A DNA stretch of 64,000 nt, taken from contig NC_043008.1 of assembly GCF_006345805.1 (NCBI RefSeq), positions 13,144,001 through 13,208,000 of the forward strand. The letters are read 5' to 3'. Shown one piece after another: positions 50,942-64,000 of the stretch. Both the position numbers and the translations under genes were made by a program. The notes below the pieces were generated by a model. The model was not told the origin of the DNA. It was given only the letters and a program-made list of their open reading frames with translations, and did no database searches. How positions within the stretch are numbered: position 1 is the first letter of the stretch; every line of letters starts with the position of its first letter. This DNA comes from Octopus sinensis (Eukaryota).

Positions 50942-51982
50942 TGTGAGGGATTTCAAAGATCTTACTTTGAATGCATTTAACTGCAGGTGAAATTAGATTA
51001 GTTGCTAATGGGTGGGGTGAAAAGGAGATGTTAATTCGATTGATATATGTGTAGAAGCTGTGATAGTGCTAAGGTTGCTGCATGTATAGACAATTGCTTG
51101 GCTGTTGAGGACTTTTAGAAGTTTGCACTTTGGGACTTATAATTTGGAATATTAGTGTCTGTTATAGTGTCAGGGTGTCGGAGCCAAAATGTGGCAGTGA
51201 TGACTAAAAGAAAGGAATCGGAGAAGTGTTACATTTGGAAGTATTCGGTACACAGCCTGTGTTTTACAAGTAGTAGTAGCTTCTATAGTTTACGTAGATA
51301 ATTCGATATTCAGAGTGCTATTCGGATATCTATAAATTGTCAGTGGGTTACTATGTGATATTCAGCTCAACGGAGTTCTTTTCATATGAGTAGATTTTTT
51401 TTCATATTTATCATTTAGTTGATTGTCGCTGTATAAGGATAATGACGTATTGGTCAAACTAAAACATTAGAATTGCCATCATGTTGTCCATATTGGTGAG
51501 TATAAACAGACGTATTAACAGAATGCGCACTTCTCAGTATTACTCTCTTTACGATAGGTGCTCCAATATGGCCGCAGTCAAATGACTGAAACAAATAAAT
51601 GAACAAAAAAAAGATAATAACGTTGTTACGGAGAGAGATTTTGATATTCACTGTGAAACATAATGAAGAGAAGAGGCAATAATTATATTAACGTATGAGA
51701 TAATGATACGATGAAATTTTTGCATGTAAGTAATCCAGAATGCAACTCATTAAGCATGCATCGACATAAGTATACTTATCGCATAATTTGTAGTATCAAA
51801 ATTATCAACATAATTGAGTGAATACGATGAGATTATTGCGATATTTTATGGCTGAAAGTTATATATGAAACTGCTTACTTTTGTTTACGAAAATAACACT
51901 AAAGCTTACAAAACAAAATATATGGCTTATTTATTATAAATCAATTCTGAACGTAAGGTAATCCATATTTTATTAAACATGA

Positions 51983-52062
<80 letters not shown>

Positions 52063-52063
<1 letters not shown>

Positions 52064-52150
52064 TTCTTTATTAGCCACACAGGGCTGCACACGGACGGGA
52101 CAATTTGCAAGGTAGAGCTTTTCTTTTTGGGGATCAAAAAAGGGGGGGTG
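52063..52150 (-). mobile_element. Family D retroelement 3' end
   Basis: Near identical to 1016-1095; adjacent to (GA)n. Confidence 0.75.
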
Positions 52151-52263
52151 GTGGATAGGTACGTAGATAGATAGATAGGTATGTATGTATGTTTATTATT
52201 TCGGCACTTGGTTACGACGGCTAGGGTTTCTGCCAGCTCGCAACCTTCCCAACAACTAATATT

Positions 52264-52335
52264 GAAGGGCAAAAGCTCTCTCGATCGTGAGAATACGAAT
52301 ACAGACCGCGAAAGCGTGGCCCATCGATCCTTAGG
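52264..52335 (+). pseudogene. 28S (LSU) rRNA-derived fragment
   Basis: gaagggcaaaagctctctcgatc...tacgaatacagaccgcgaaagcgtggcccatcgatcctt matches the conserved eukaryotic 28S segment GAAGGGCAAAAGCTCGCTTGATC...TACGAATACAGACCGTGAAAGCG...CGATCCTT; the flanks are not rRNA. Confidence 0.8.
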
Positions 52336-52549
52336 ATTTTAGGCAATGCTGCATGACTTCTTAGACTCGCTAAGAATAATGACTTTCGGTATTTTCTGTT
52401 TAGTTTCTAAGTTGAAAATTCGATGACTTCAAATTTGTCATTTCTCCCTCTACAGTTGGTAAAATATAACACTAGTAGAGAAGCATAGACCGTAGTAACT
52501 ACTAACTCTTGACAATCCATAATGTAGTTGTAGTGCCGAAATAACAAAC

Positions 52550-53075
52550 ATTATTATTATTGTTGCTGTTGTGGTCGTTGGGCGGCAGTGGCAGTGGTGG
52601 TGGTGGTGGTGGTGGTGGTGGTGGTGGTGGTGGTTGTAGTTTTGATTCGTGTCTATCTTTTTTCGTTGTAATTTGGCTGCACAGCTTGTTATTGTGATGA
52701 TAATGATAGTGATGTTGATTTATGATAATGATTTCAAAGTTCGACACGAGGCCAGCTCAGTGTTTACGATAACGACAATAATGACGTTGATAATAATAAT
52801 AATTATGACGATAAGGAGTATAATAAGCATGGTTTATTATGACGTCGATTATTATTGTTGAGAAAACTGAAGCCGTTGGTGATGCTACCGTTACATCTAC
52901 AACAGCTACTACAACTGATGTTGCTGATGACCATGATGTTGACAATGATAGAAGTGGTGATAATGAAAAACCCAGTGGCAGAAACGATGTTAAGGATGGC
53001 AAAAATATTTGTGATGATGATGCTGATACTGTTGACTATGATGATGATGATCGTGATGATGAGATGCTGATGAAG
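52550..53075. repeat. Degenerate trinucleotide low-complexity block (GGT)n/(GAT)n/(AAT)n
   Basis: Direct; explains the poly-P and poly-D ORFs. Confidence 0.85.
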
Positions 53076-53366
53076 TTGATGTTAGAATTTTTTATTTTTA
53101 GTTTCAGCTCAGAGCTGCGTCCATGCTAATACACTGCCGTTATTAATGAATTTTTTAAAAAATGGAAATAGTTAAACGATGTGTTACATGGATACAGCCC
53201 ACTGGATCAACAAAGCTGTAATAGATATTTGTTTTGATATTATTGACTTCCGATAGCTGCTTCCTCTAGCTGTAATATGTCATATATTTGATCTCACACG
53301 CACATGAAGATACAATTATGACCATGCGGACAACTGCATACATACGCGTATATATATATATGTATG

Positions 53367-53412
<46 letters not shown>

Positions 53413-53831
53413 ATGTATGTATATGTATATATATATGTATGTATATGTATATATATATGTATATGTATATATATGTATGTATATGTATATATATGTATGT
53501 ATATGTATATATATGTATATATATATATATATGTATATGTATATATATATATACATATATATGTTCACACACATACACTTATGTATATACATATACTTAT
53601 GTTTATATATATATATATTTATATATATTCGCATACATTCATATATGTATATATGTTCACACACACACCCTCATATATATATATATACATACATACATAC
53701 ATTCATATATATATTTGTTTATTTATTTCGGTATTGTATTTGGTTTGCAAGAATCTTTATGTGAAATCGTGTGTTAAAACATATTTTATTGTGTCTAGGG
53801 ACAGTCGTTCTCTTTTAGTGTCATATTAATT

Positions 53832-53874
<43 letters not shown>

Positions 53875-53941
53875 GATCCGGGATTGAAAGGTAGAAAACA
53901 AAAGTAAGCAACTCAGAATCACACAAAGACCGTTTACTTAC

Positions 53942-54272
53942 CTTAAACATTTGTTTGTAATATGGCGTTAAAATTTCTGTAGTTGAAACCTCGACCATTC
54001 TGCATATCAAAACGCTTGCCAAGTAAGAACATCAGCTTTATACAGACTATACTTAAATTAGGAATAGCTCGGCTCAAAACTCTTATCATGAAAACTTGTG
54101 AATCAAATTTTTGAAAATGTCCTGCTGCAAGTAAAATATTTAGGAATCTTATGACAGTGTTTGGCAGGAGACCAGGAAATGCGTTAGAAAGAAACGAAAC
54201 AATAGAAGATCTCTGATGAGTTTCGATAGGAAGTTGCATGGTGGGCGTTTTTTAAAGAAATTTAAGGACTAC
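53942..54272 (-). other. Candidate 331 bp exon of an unidentified transcript
   Basis: Strong acceptor (T11)attccag and consensus donor AAG|GTAAGT; contains gcccaccATG; no recognisable protein. Confidence 0.35.
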
Positions 54273-54699
54273 CTGGAATAAAAAAAAAAACAAGCGTCGA
54301 TTTGAGAACGTACTACATGATAACCCATATTTCTCTTGATCAGACAGATCTCTTATCATAAACACTTCGACTTCAACCACGCTCTCTTGCATTGTATTCA
54401 CTGTTTTTTTAGGAATTACATTATGCAACTGAGGTCCTAATATTGCGCCATTATAATGTATTTTGAGTGAATATGGCTGCTACATTTTATAGCTTTGCTT
54501 CGGCAACTAGGTAAAAGATATTTATTCATATTGTAAAGAGAGTGCTTTTTAACCCTAGACAGACCTCGTTGTATGTTATTAGTACAAAAAAAATTTCGTG
54601 CCTTAAATATCCGATCATGTTTTCATAACTGACTTATATAGGTTACATGTTTCATTGGAGGATGTGCTTTTTAAGAGACGTGGGTAGTAGTTTTAGCGC

Positions 54700-54975
54700 G
54701 TCAAATACTCCAATAAATATTGCCTTCTTAAATTCGAGCGTGAAAAAGGCCTTAACGTTAGCAGAGACACGACGAGGTTATCAAAGATAGGGAAAAGGAT
54801 GGTGAAGAGAATAATAGGTGCCGATAATTTAGAATTACATCTTTTCCATTGCTTCTATTCCGATCCAGTGGGGTTCAGCTTTGTGTGGTCTAAGAAAAAC
54901 GGAATTGAAGAAAAATTGATGTTTTCTTTGTAGAACAAGAATTAAAAGATCTGGGTATAAGAGCAGGCTATATGT
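54700..54975 (+). mobile_element. Internally deleted, decayed mariner transposase remnant
   Basis: YCLLKFEREKGLN (mariner N-terminal-like) joined to LHLFHCF...IEEK..FFVEQ (DYHLF..FF C-terminal-like). Confidence 0.35.
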
Positions 54976-56530
54976 AACAAAACTACGTGTATCCTAGTTT
55001 AAATGTATACAGAAATACAGAGTATAATAGAAAAAAGACATAGAGGGGCAAAGAAAATTCAAAGACCGAAAAGATAGTGTCATGTGAAGAATTTCCACGA
55101 ATCAGGATAAACAAGCATGTGGAGCAAAACACCATTAAGTAAAACAAAGATTCTGGAATTAGAATCGGAAGCAATTTTTAGAATACAGATGCAGGACTCG
55201 GAGTTGACAAAATTAATCCAAATTCCGCACTGAATAATAAATAAATATTTCTAGAGCATTGCATTGAAATTTACGTTCGACAGATACTAAATTTTATTTG
55301 CATTTTCTTCTCTTTTTTTTTTTTTGATTTGCTATCAATTTATTGCTGTTTAAACCTAATTCGTGAATTCCCTATAAAAAAATAAGAAAACGAAAAGTTT
55401 TCAGAAAACTATTTTTGAATAATCAAGGAACATTAACCATAATATCTGGAATATAAAGCTAAAAGTTTATATGATACCAATATCACCAGATTTACTGCTT
55501 GAACAAATGCACACGGAAAGAAAAAAATCAAAATTAGCAAAAGGCTCTTGTGTTATGTTCCGAGTATGCTAGAATTTGGCCTAGGGAGAAATAGCAAAAA
55601 ACAATAAACCATCGACTATGGAAGTAAGAAGTCGACCAGGAATTACTGAAGGGAAAATATTCGTTAAATTGTGATAAATGCATCACGTCCCATATGAAAG
55701 AGAACGTAAAATTTAGATGTTTCAGTATCAACATGTAATAAGTGTAGAAGAAAGAGGAGGACATTTATGCTACTTATAGATATAGAATATATTACAAGAC
55801 TAACAAAAGAAAGGGCTTGAGAGAAAATTCGCTGAATATCTGAAATTTAGAACTCGCAGTGATCAAATTGTGTTTTTGCGTATTTCCTTTTTATCGATTC
55901 TTCAAGTTGGCATGAAAATGAAACGATAAAACATAGATGTATTAAGAAGCAATAGCGACTAAAAGAATAGAGAATGACTGTACGAGCGAGAGATTTGATT
56001 CTGTTCCTAAAGGTTCATTACGTAGCGCTACGAACATACTATGAAAATATGCACTTGGATAAGTTTACTTATAATATAATAGTGAGAAGTGGGAATGGAA
56101 GAATGTGTTGCAAAATAACATTTTATGTACACATAATATATACATACATATATATGTACATATATACATATACATACATATACATGCATATATATATATA
56201 CACACATATATATATATACATACAAATATATATACAGACACAGACACACACATATACGCATATATACGTAAATGCCGAACGTTGGAAATGAGTGTTCAAC
56301 ACAGCATTGGTGGATAGAATATCTTTATTTCTAGATTAAAGCTACCATTGGTTTCATGTGAAGAAAAGTAGTAATATATCCTAGTATCTTAACAAATTTT
56401 CAAGCCGATCACAGGGAGAAAGATGTTCGCCACACATACACTCACTCACACACACACACACACACGCACATATATATATATATTATATATATAATATATA
56501 TATATATATAATATATATATATATAATTAT

Positions 56531-56840
56531 TATTTGAGGGAATATTATTTCTAACTTACAGGGAAAAATTCAATTTAGAAATACTAAATCAAGTTCACAA
56601 AATATAACATTTATTTAAAAATTAGAAAAAAACACCTTTTATCAATTCAAAATGTACAATTAAATTACACCATCTAGAAAAATTACATATAATAGAAATA
56701 TTAAAATTAAAGTAACAATAATATACCGATGATTAAGTAAATTGCAACGTAATAATAAAAACGTATATATTTGGTAGAATTATTATTGTTATTTTAATTC
56801 TATTATATGTAATTTTCTAGATGGCGTAATTTAATTGTTC

Positions 56841-56843
<3 letters not shown>
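56531..56843. mobile_element. AT-rich fold-back element in (TA)n
   Basis: 56651-56727 is the imperfect reverse complement of 56773-56843; one-sided extension; the spacer has a decayed core tacCGATGA...AAAACgtatatattTggta. Confidence 0.65.
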
Positions 56844-56880
<37 letters not shown>

Positions 56881-57841
56881 TACAATAACTCCAAAATGGT
56901 TGTACGATATAATTGAAACTATGACAGATTCCAGTACAATTGCATGCTTGTAGCGTGTGATCTAAACGTTATACATATTATAGTAAACAATCTCAAAATT
57001 GTATTTACGACTGTAATAGGTTTATGATTATTACACATTCAAATATACACACTTATGTATTTCCATCTATAATATTTTTTGTATATAATTTAGCAACATG
57101 AATTTAGTGGCTGAAATATTCTTTGTATATAATTTAGTATCACAAACTTGGTGGCATTTGGTTTTTACCGGATATAATAGCATATGAAAATTTCTTTAAG
57201 TATGCTTATTTCAAAATGGCAAGGCCTCAAGAACCATTTACATAAGAAACCGCAATAAAAAAAGGCAGTATTTTTAGCTGAATAAATCTCTCCTAATAAC
57301 TGTCTTCGGGCTTCAATGATGTATTTCCCGAACCTACATAGAAAACTCCAGGAAATTAATTTCTAGATTCGGAACATAGCTTTAGTACATTAAGGTGATT
57401 TCGGCAAATTTTCAGTTGAATTAAAAAAATCTAGTTCATAAATATAGAGGATATTTGATGAATAATGCTATGCTATATTAAGCTAGGCTGATATTCAAAG
57501 AAATGGATGTTGTTTTCCTAGATATGTTTTGCTGACTTTAAACCTGTTGCTTAATCAGCCGTGAATGTAAACAGGTGTGTAGAATATCCTATTAAATTTA
57601 AATTGACAATATTTTATGAAAATGTCATATTTTATGTCTAAAAACTGTGTTTTATTTTGTTTTTTTTTCTTTCGGAATTTCAACAGCAATACGATATTTA
57701 TTTTAAAGAAAGAAAGTAATTAATAGGGAATAAAAGTCAGTGTGCGTTTCCTTCTCCTACATCGAATCTCGTGATCAACCACATACAAAGAACGTGTATT
57801 TTTATGCTTAGCCAGAAACATAGCCAGAAGTATGTATGTAC

Positions 57842-57872
<31 letters not shown>

Positions 57873-57938
57873 TGTATCTATGTATCTATATATCTATATA
57901 TATATATGGTATATAGGATATTCCTAACTTTCGATATA

Positions 57939-57969
<31 letters not shown>

Positions 57970-58069
57970 CTGCTTGGAAAAGCAATAATGCTCATATATC
58001 AAAAGTACATATTTCATTTCTTTGTGGCAGATCAATTTTAAATATTGTTTCATACATTTCCTGATATAT

Positions 58070-58187
58070 AGGCGCAGGCATGGCTATGTGTTAGGTAGTT
58101 TCCTTCCTAACAATATGGTTACGGGTTCAGTCACCTACAACCTAGGGTTAACCAAATCCTTGTTACACGGAAACTGAAAAGCATTGC

Positions 58188-58237
<50 letters not shown>

Positions 58238-58490
58238 TATACGTGTGTGTGTGTGAGAGAGAGAGAGAGTTTGTGCGTGTATTTGTGTAAGTGTATGTGT
58301 GGGTATATATCCTAGTTAATAACTGGTGTTGGTGTGATAACCGAATTAGCAGTTCGGTTAAAGAAACCCATATAATGGGTACCAAGCTTTACAAAAAAAT
58401 GTACTGAGGTCGATTCGTTAGATTAAAATTCTTTATTCTTCAAAGCGATGCCCCAGCATGGCTGCATCCTAATGACAGAAGCAAAGAAAG
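58070..58490 (+). mobile_element. SINE family B, degenerate
   Basis: ggcgcaggcatggctatgtg...gggttcagtc...acggaaactgaaa...ccagcatggctgca. Confidence 0.8.
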
Positions 58491-59773
58491 GTTAAATTGT
58501 ACAAGATATATAACAATCTACACTTCATTATCTACGTATTTATCCACAAATGTATCAAATTTCCCATGTAATTATATCAACATGTTCTCTCTCATTGCTA
58601 AATCCACAATTTTTTTTATTCTCTCTCTTTCTGTTTATTTTCTCTTATTCCTTTCTGTTGCAGAGTGTAATCTCAAAACCTAAAAGAATTTCTCACTTGC
58701 CCGAGCCTCAAAAAAAAAATACACCTGCTTCTTGTTCATACACCTGTCTTCGTCTTATGTCTTTCTGTAAATCTCAACTATATACATTTTCAACTACATA
58801 CATTCATACACAAATATATATATAGTATGCTAGATGTTTGGAGACAGTTTCTGCAAAAGGAAGTCACTGCTTTCGAGAGCTATGAATATCCTATATACAT
58901 TATTTATTTGTTGCATGCTATTGTGTGTTGCGTATCGGGACAGAGATTTCTAATGTAGCTAAGACTAAGCTCGGACATTGCATTGCAGTAGTTTTCAGTC
59001 CTCTTTGTCTGCAATATAAGACTGTTTGAGAAAAACCTAGTTAATAGAGAATGTTTGCTTGAAACTGCCGGCAATTCAGCAATGATATTCTTGAATGAAA
59101 TAAACTGTGGAAAATGAGAAATAGACGAAAAATAATTTGCATACATATTGTATCTACTTTAACGAAATACTCACACTTATTGTTGCGAGTGTTGTTTGGG
59201 GGTCTTATGATATCTAAATATAATGGCATCCAGAAAAAAATTGATATTTGATATATCCAAAATTGCATATGTTTCGATTGTATGAGAAAATGTAGATGTT
59301 GCGTGGGACAGTGCCCAAATACACTGAAGAATCTTGCGGTAAGGCATGTTCATGAATGAAATATTTTCAATTGGATTACATAAACTCGACTTGATCTTTT
59401 GAGATACAATGAAATTTTCTGTTATAGAATTTAAATAGCTAGGGTGGGTTTTGTGTTTAGCTAAATCTGTGTACCTTCTACAATAAAGAGACTGTTCCAC
59501 TCTCGTATGATATTAATCTGTCAGTGTTATTTCCCGTTAGTTCCAAATGTTATATATTAACGTTAGTTGGCTAAATATTTATATTGAAGTACAACTTGTA
59601 CTATAAGTTTCAATTTTAAAGAGAAATTTGACGGATTCCGAAGATACGAGGAACTTAATCTTCGTCACGCGTTATGTTTCTCCTGGCGTAAAACTGAGAT
59701 TAATTGTTCTCAAAGAAGATACCATTAGTGCATATATATAGAGAAGAAGAGATAGATAGATAGATATATAAAG

Positions 59774-59882
<109 letters not shown>

Positions 59883-60960
59883 TGTATGTATGTATGTGTG
59901 TGTGTATTCGAAGTGAAATAACAGTAGTAGGTAGGTCAGGACAACCAATACTACTTAAGTGTAGTACAGCAAAAATTTAAATGTTAATGTCAAACCTAAA
60001 CGCAGCCACAGCATTCTTAAATTTATTATCTAGACATCTTTCCTGGAAGCACAAGTAATATAGAATATTTAACAGGAGAACCTTCTATTTTAACTATTCA
60101 TGGTGAAGGAACTTTGTTAATCAGTATAATGTGTGTGGACACAATAAATTTGATCAATTAAATGGCGACTCTGAATCCAATTTTAAAGAGTCTAGAAATT
60201 CTGACATTAATGGCAACTGAAGAATGACGTTGTATACGAGTATAGCCGTAAGTTCAATGTCAATGATATATCTACGTGTAAAGTTGTTTTTTTCCGGAGT
60301 ACAGGGAACGCTTCCGTGATAAGGTTTTACCTACTCAACATTTCCTCGTCCTGTGTCCCCAAACATGACTGTAATTGGAAGAAGCTGATTTTGCTGAACT
60401 TCAAACCTTGCTCCCCGTCTTGTCAAAGGCATACTATTACTGCCATCGATTCCTTCACTATTTTGTAGATTGCCTGTTATGTTTAAGCAATATATATTCT
60501 ATTGCATTTCGTGACAAATCGAATATATGAATTATTAATCATTGTGAAGACATTATTCGAGGTTTTTGGTATCGAAATTTTGTCACCGACGGATTATGAT
60601 AAATAACCATCATTCATTATCGCAAATACTTAATGGAGTTTTGCTTTATTACATCGAATATGTTGGTTGTATTGTTTGTTAAACTTGGATTGTTTCTGTC
60701 CGACCGTTGCTTTCGATCTATCTACGAATGCTCGCTTTAAGCTGTTTTACTTTTTTATATATTGCTCTTAGTATTGCGTTTCATTAGTCAAGTTATTGGC
60801 TATACACATTTTTGCAATATTAATAGTTTCTATTCCATGATGATGTTACTGGTTTTGAAATTTATCACCCCTATTTAATTCTGATTTTAAATGATTTTTA
60901 ACGACTCCCGGAAAACTTTCCATGAAGTTACTTATTTCAAAATTGCATTTCATCCGGTTT

Positions 60961-61144
60961 CTCTCTTTACTCTCTTTTGCTTGCTTCAGTCATTTGACTG
61001 TGGCCAGGACTTATTCTGTGTAAGCCTAGTACTTATTCTATCGGTCTCTTTTGTGAACCGCTAAGTTACGGGGACGTAAACACACCGGCATCGGTTATCA
61101 ACCGATGTTGGGGGACAGACAGACACACACACACATACACACAT

Positions 61145-61185
<41 letters not shown>

Positions 61186-61397
61186 CATATACAACGGGCT
61201 TCTTTCATATATGCACACACACATGTATATATATACACACACATACGACGGGCTTCTTTCAGGTTCCGTCTACCAAATCCACTCACAACGTTTAGGACGC
61301 CGCGAGGCTATAGCAGAAATACTTGCCCAAGGTGCCACGCAGTGGGACTGAACCCGGAACCATGTGCTTTATAAACAAGCTACTTGCCACACAACCG
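60961..61397 (-). mobile_element. SINE family B, full length
   Basis: Reverse complement of the 19936 copy, with a duplicated cgggcttctttc in the middle. Confidence 0.9.
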
Positions 61398-63229
61398 CGT
61401 TTATTTATTTTTTATTTTCTTTGTTCAGACTACGTTCACCAAACATTTATTCTTACTAGTAGGTAATGGTTTCTGCTTCCGGACAAAGAAACATAAATGC
61501 ATTTACGTGAATGTTGTTTAATATCGCTTGCATCGCCAACATATTGTTTGAAAAAATCTCCTTTGTTTATTGCTAATATACGTGTTAAACACTGCCAGTC
61601 TTGTTGGCGTGAAAATTCAATTAATGGAGATTACTTCATTTTAGTATGCAGTACACTCAACCATCAAGAGTCGCAATACAATGAGACCAAGAGGGGGGCT
61701 GAAAACGATTGATATCAATGCAAAATCCTAATGGGATTCTATAGACAATTGAATGAGATGGAGAAATATTAATTTGTATCTGAATGCTAAGAATGTGAAG
61801 CTGATGGTCATTGCAACAGAGAATGGGACACGCAGAGTGGATTCAATCATTACCAACATGCTAATGACCATTCAAGTGGTCACTTACACAACATACGATG
61901 TCATGTCACACATATATTTGAACATTCACATAAATGTGTGTATGAGTTGCACTGGTATACGAATGAGTGTAAGAAGTGAACTCTGTGCCCTCAAATGTGC
62001 TCTCATAATAAAATATGATCATATTAAGGAATCGTTAAGAGAATATTTGGAAATTACCGAGTGGAATGCAACTTGGCGAACATTTTACTCTTGACATACC
62101 TGAGTAAAACGAAAACTAAAAGTTTGAAATGAGTTGCATAAAAACAAGAGACATAAGAGATTACTTATGGAGCTAAAGAATTTGAAGATTCTTTGAATGA
62201 TAATTATTTACATGGCTATGAAACATCAATCTGATAAATAACTTATGAAGTTTTAGAGTATTGTTGAACTGTACGATATACTGTATATCAGCTGCTTTAT
62301 TTTCTTTGAATTTTTCCATTTCTTTTTATTTTTGGTTTTTTGGTAGGTACTTTATGTATTTCAGAGATAATATGGTGTTTTTACACCTTTTACCATGGGA
62401 GAGATTTTTTTCACAACAGCAACTTCAGTGAATTTGCCGTTAGAAGTTAAAATATGTAACAAACATATTTTAACTTACTTAATTCTTCATCACTGCTTGA
62501 CGCTGATGTTGCTATTTTTATTCCGACCAGACTGACCACGAGAGCAACCCAATTACTGATGCTGATATTTTTTAGATAAATCTCAGGCTCTGAATGTACC
62601 CAGGGTTATTTCTCTTCCGTATTTGTCGTGGAATACTAAAGTGCTAGTAACACCCACCTGGAAATCCACTAGACTAAAGCACTAGTGAGATATGTTGATT
62701 TTTTTTCCTTTAACCTTTCACGAAAATTCTATTCTCATAAGAGATTTATATATGAGAACACATTGGCATTTGCATGTGCGTTTTACGTTTCTCCATTGGT
62801 TATTACCATCTTTAGCACTTCATTTACTTTTGTTTTGAACGTTTTCTTTTGAATAAACAGCTTAGACTGATTATTATATAAAATCGAAATAAATCGTAAA
62901 TCTAGTCTAGCGTAATATGAAGGAAGTTCATATAAAAATATGAATGACTTTTTCAATTATATTTTTTCCGATCTTACTCCCTAGCCTTTTCCGTTCGTCT
63001 CTTTTTACTATTCTTCTCAATATGAAGAGAAAGCTATTGTCTCATTAGGTATATTGTATTTGGTCTACCATGTATAGGATTTGTTGCACAATTGATATGA
63101 CAGATATTCTCTGGAGTGCTCCAATTGTATTCAAAACACGATGATTCACAACGAAATTATTGATCAAATTATTCTGCTGACTTACCTTTCTTTACGACGT
63201 ATTTTATGTTCAGCGTATTAAATATATAA

Positions 63230-63307
63230 TACACACACACACGTAAACATATATAAAATGTAAGCATATACATATATATATACATATATATATACATATA
63301 TATATAC

Positions 63308-63338
<31 letters not shown>

Positions 63339-63363
63339 CATATATACATATATATATACATAC

Positions 63364-63416
<53 letters not shown>

Positions 63417-63431
63417 CATATATATATATAC

Positions 63432-63480
<49 letters not shown>

Positions 63481-63483
63481 ATA

Positions 63484-63530
<47 letters not shown>

Positions 63531-63890
63531 TCATATATGTAATCATATATGTATATATATATATTATATATATACATATATACATATATGTATATACATA
63601 TATGTATATACATACATATATATATACATATATATACATATATATATATATACATATATATACATATATATATACATATATATATACACTAATATAATAC
63701 ACATATATATATATAATACATATATATATATATATATATACATATATATATAATATATATACATATATATATATATATATACATACATATATATATACAC
63801 ATATATATATAATATATATATACAATATATATATATATATTATACATTATATATACACATATATATATACACATATATATATACACACAT

Positions 63891-63924
<34 letters not shown>

Positions 63925-63995
63925 CATACATATATACATATATATATATTATACATATATACATATATATATAATGCACACATACATATAAATAT
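63230..63995. repeat. Long (TA)n/(TACA)n microsatellite
   Basis: Direct. Confidence 0.95.
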
Positions 63996-64000
63996 ATCGC

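Noticed and set aside
52502-53129. Poly-Pro and Asp-rich ORFs
   Set aside because: Products of trinucleotide repeats.
54210-54236. CTGATGA core
   Set aside because: No downstream GAAA-stem III-NUH.
59177-59500. ORF with CNPIENI resembling the Tc1 LNPIEN motif
   Set aside because: No DDE motifs in the right order.
61753-62094. 113 aa ORF in unique sequence
   Set aside because: No domain similarity or splice support recognised.

Overview
AT-rich, microsatellite-dense animal genomic DNA. The SINE repertoire and (TA)n/(TAGA)n load suggest an octopus (inference). No intact protein-coding gene is supportable, and most ORF-track entries are microsatellite translations. Contents: (1) many tRNA-derived SINEs of at least four modular families, some with clean TSDs; (2) 5'-truncated RTE and CR1 LINEs, Helitron-type 5' ends, a pogo/Tigger-type MITE and decayed Penelope-like (PLE) RT and GIY-YIG fragments; (3) a decayed minus-strand Ig(n)-FN3-TM receptor pseudogene spread over about 8.2-23.1 kb; (4) a short 28S rRNA-derived fragment. 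The most notable signal is a set of short non-coding elements from several sequence-unrelated families, mostly inserted in (TA)n tracts. Many are built as fold-back inverted repeats whose arms carry type I hammerhead ribozyme motifs (CUGANGA...GAAA...NUH, short palindromic stem III), so both strands can encode a ribozyme. The best example is 12131-12949. All alignments and folds were done by eye.
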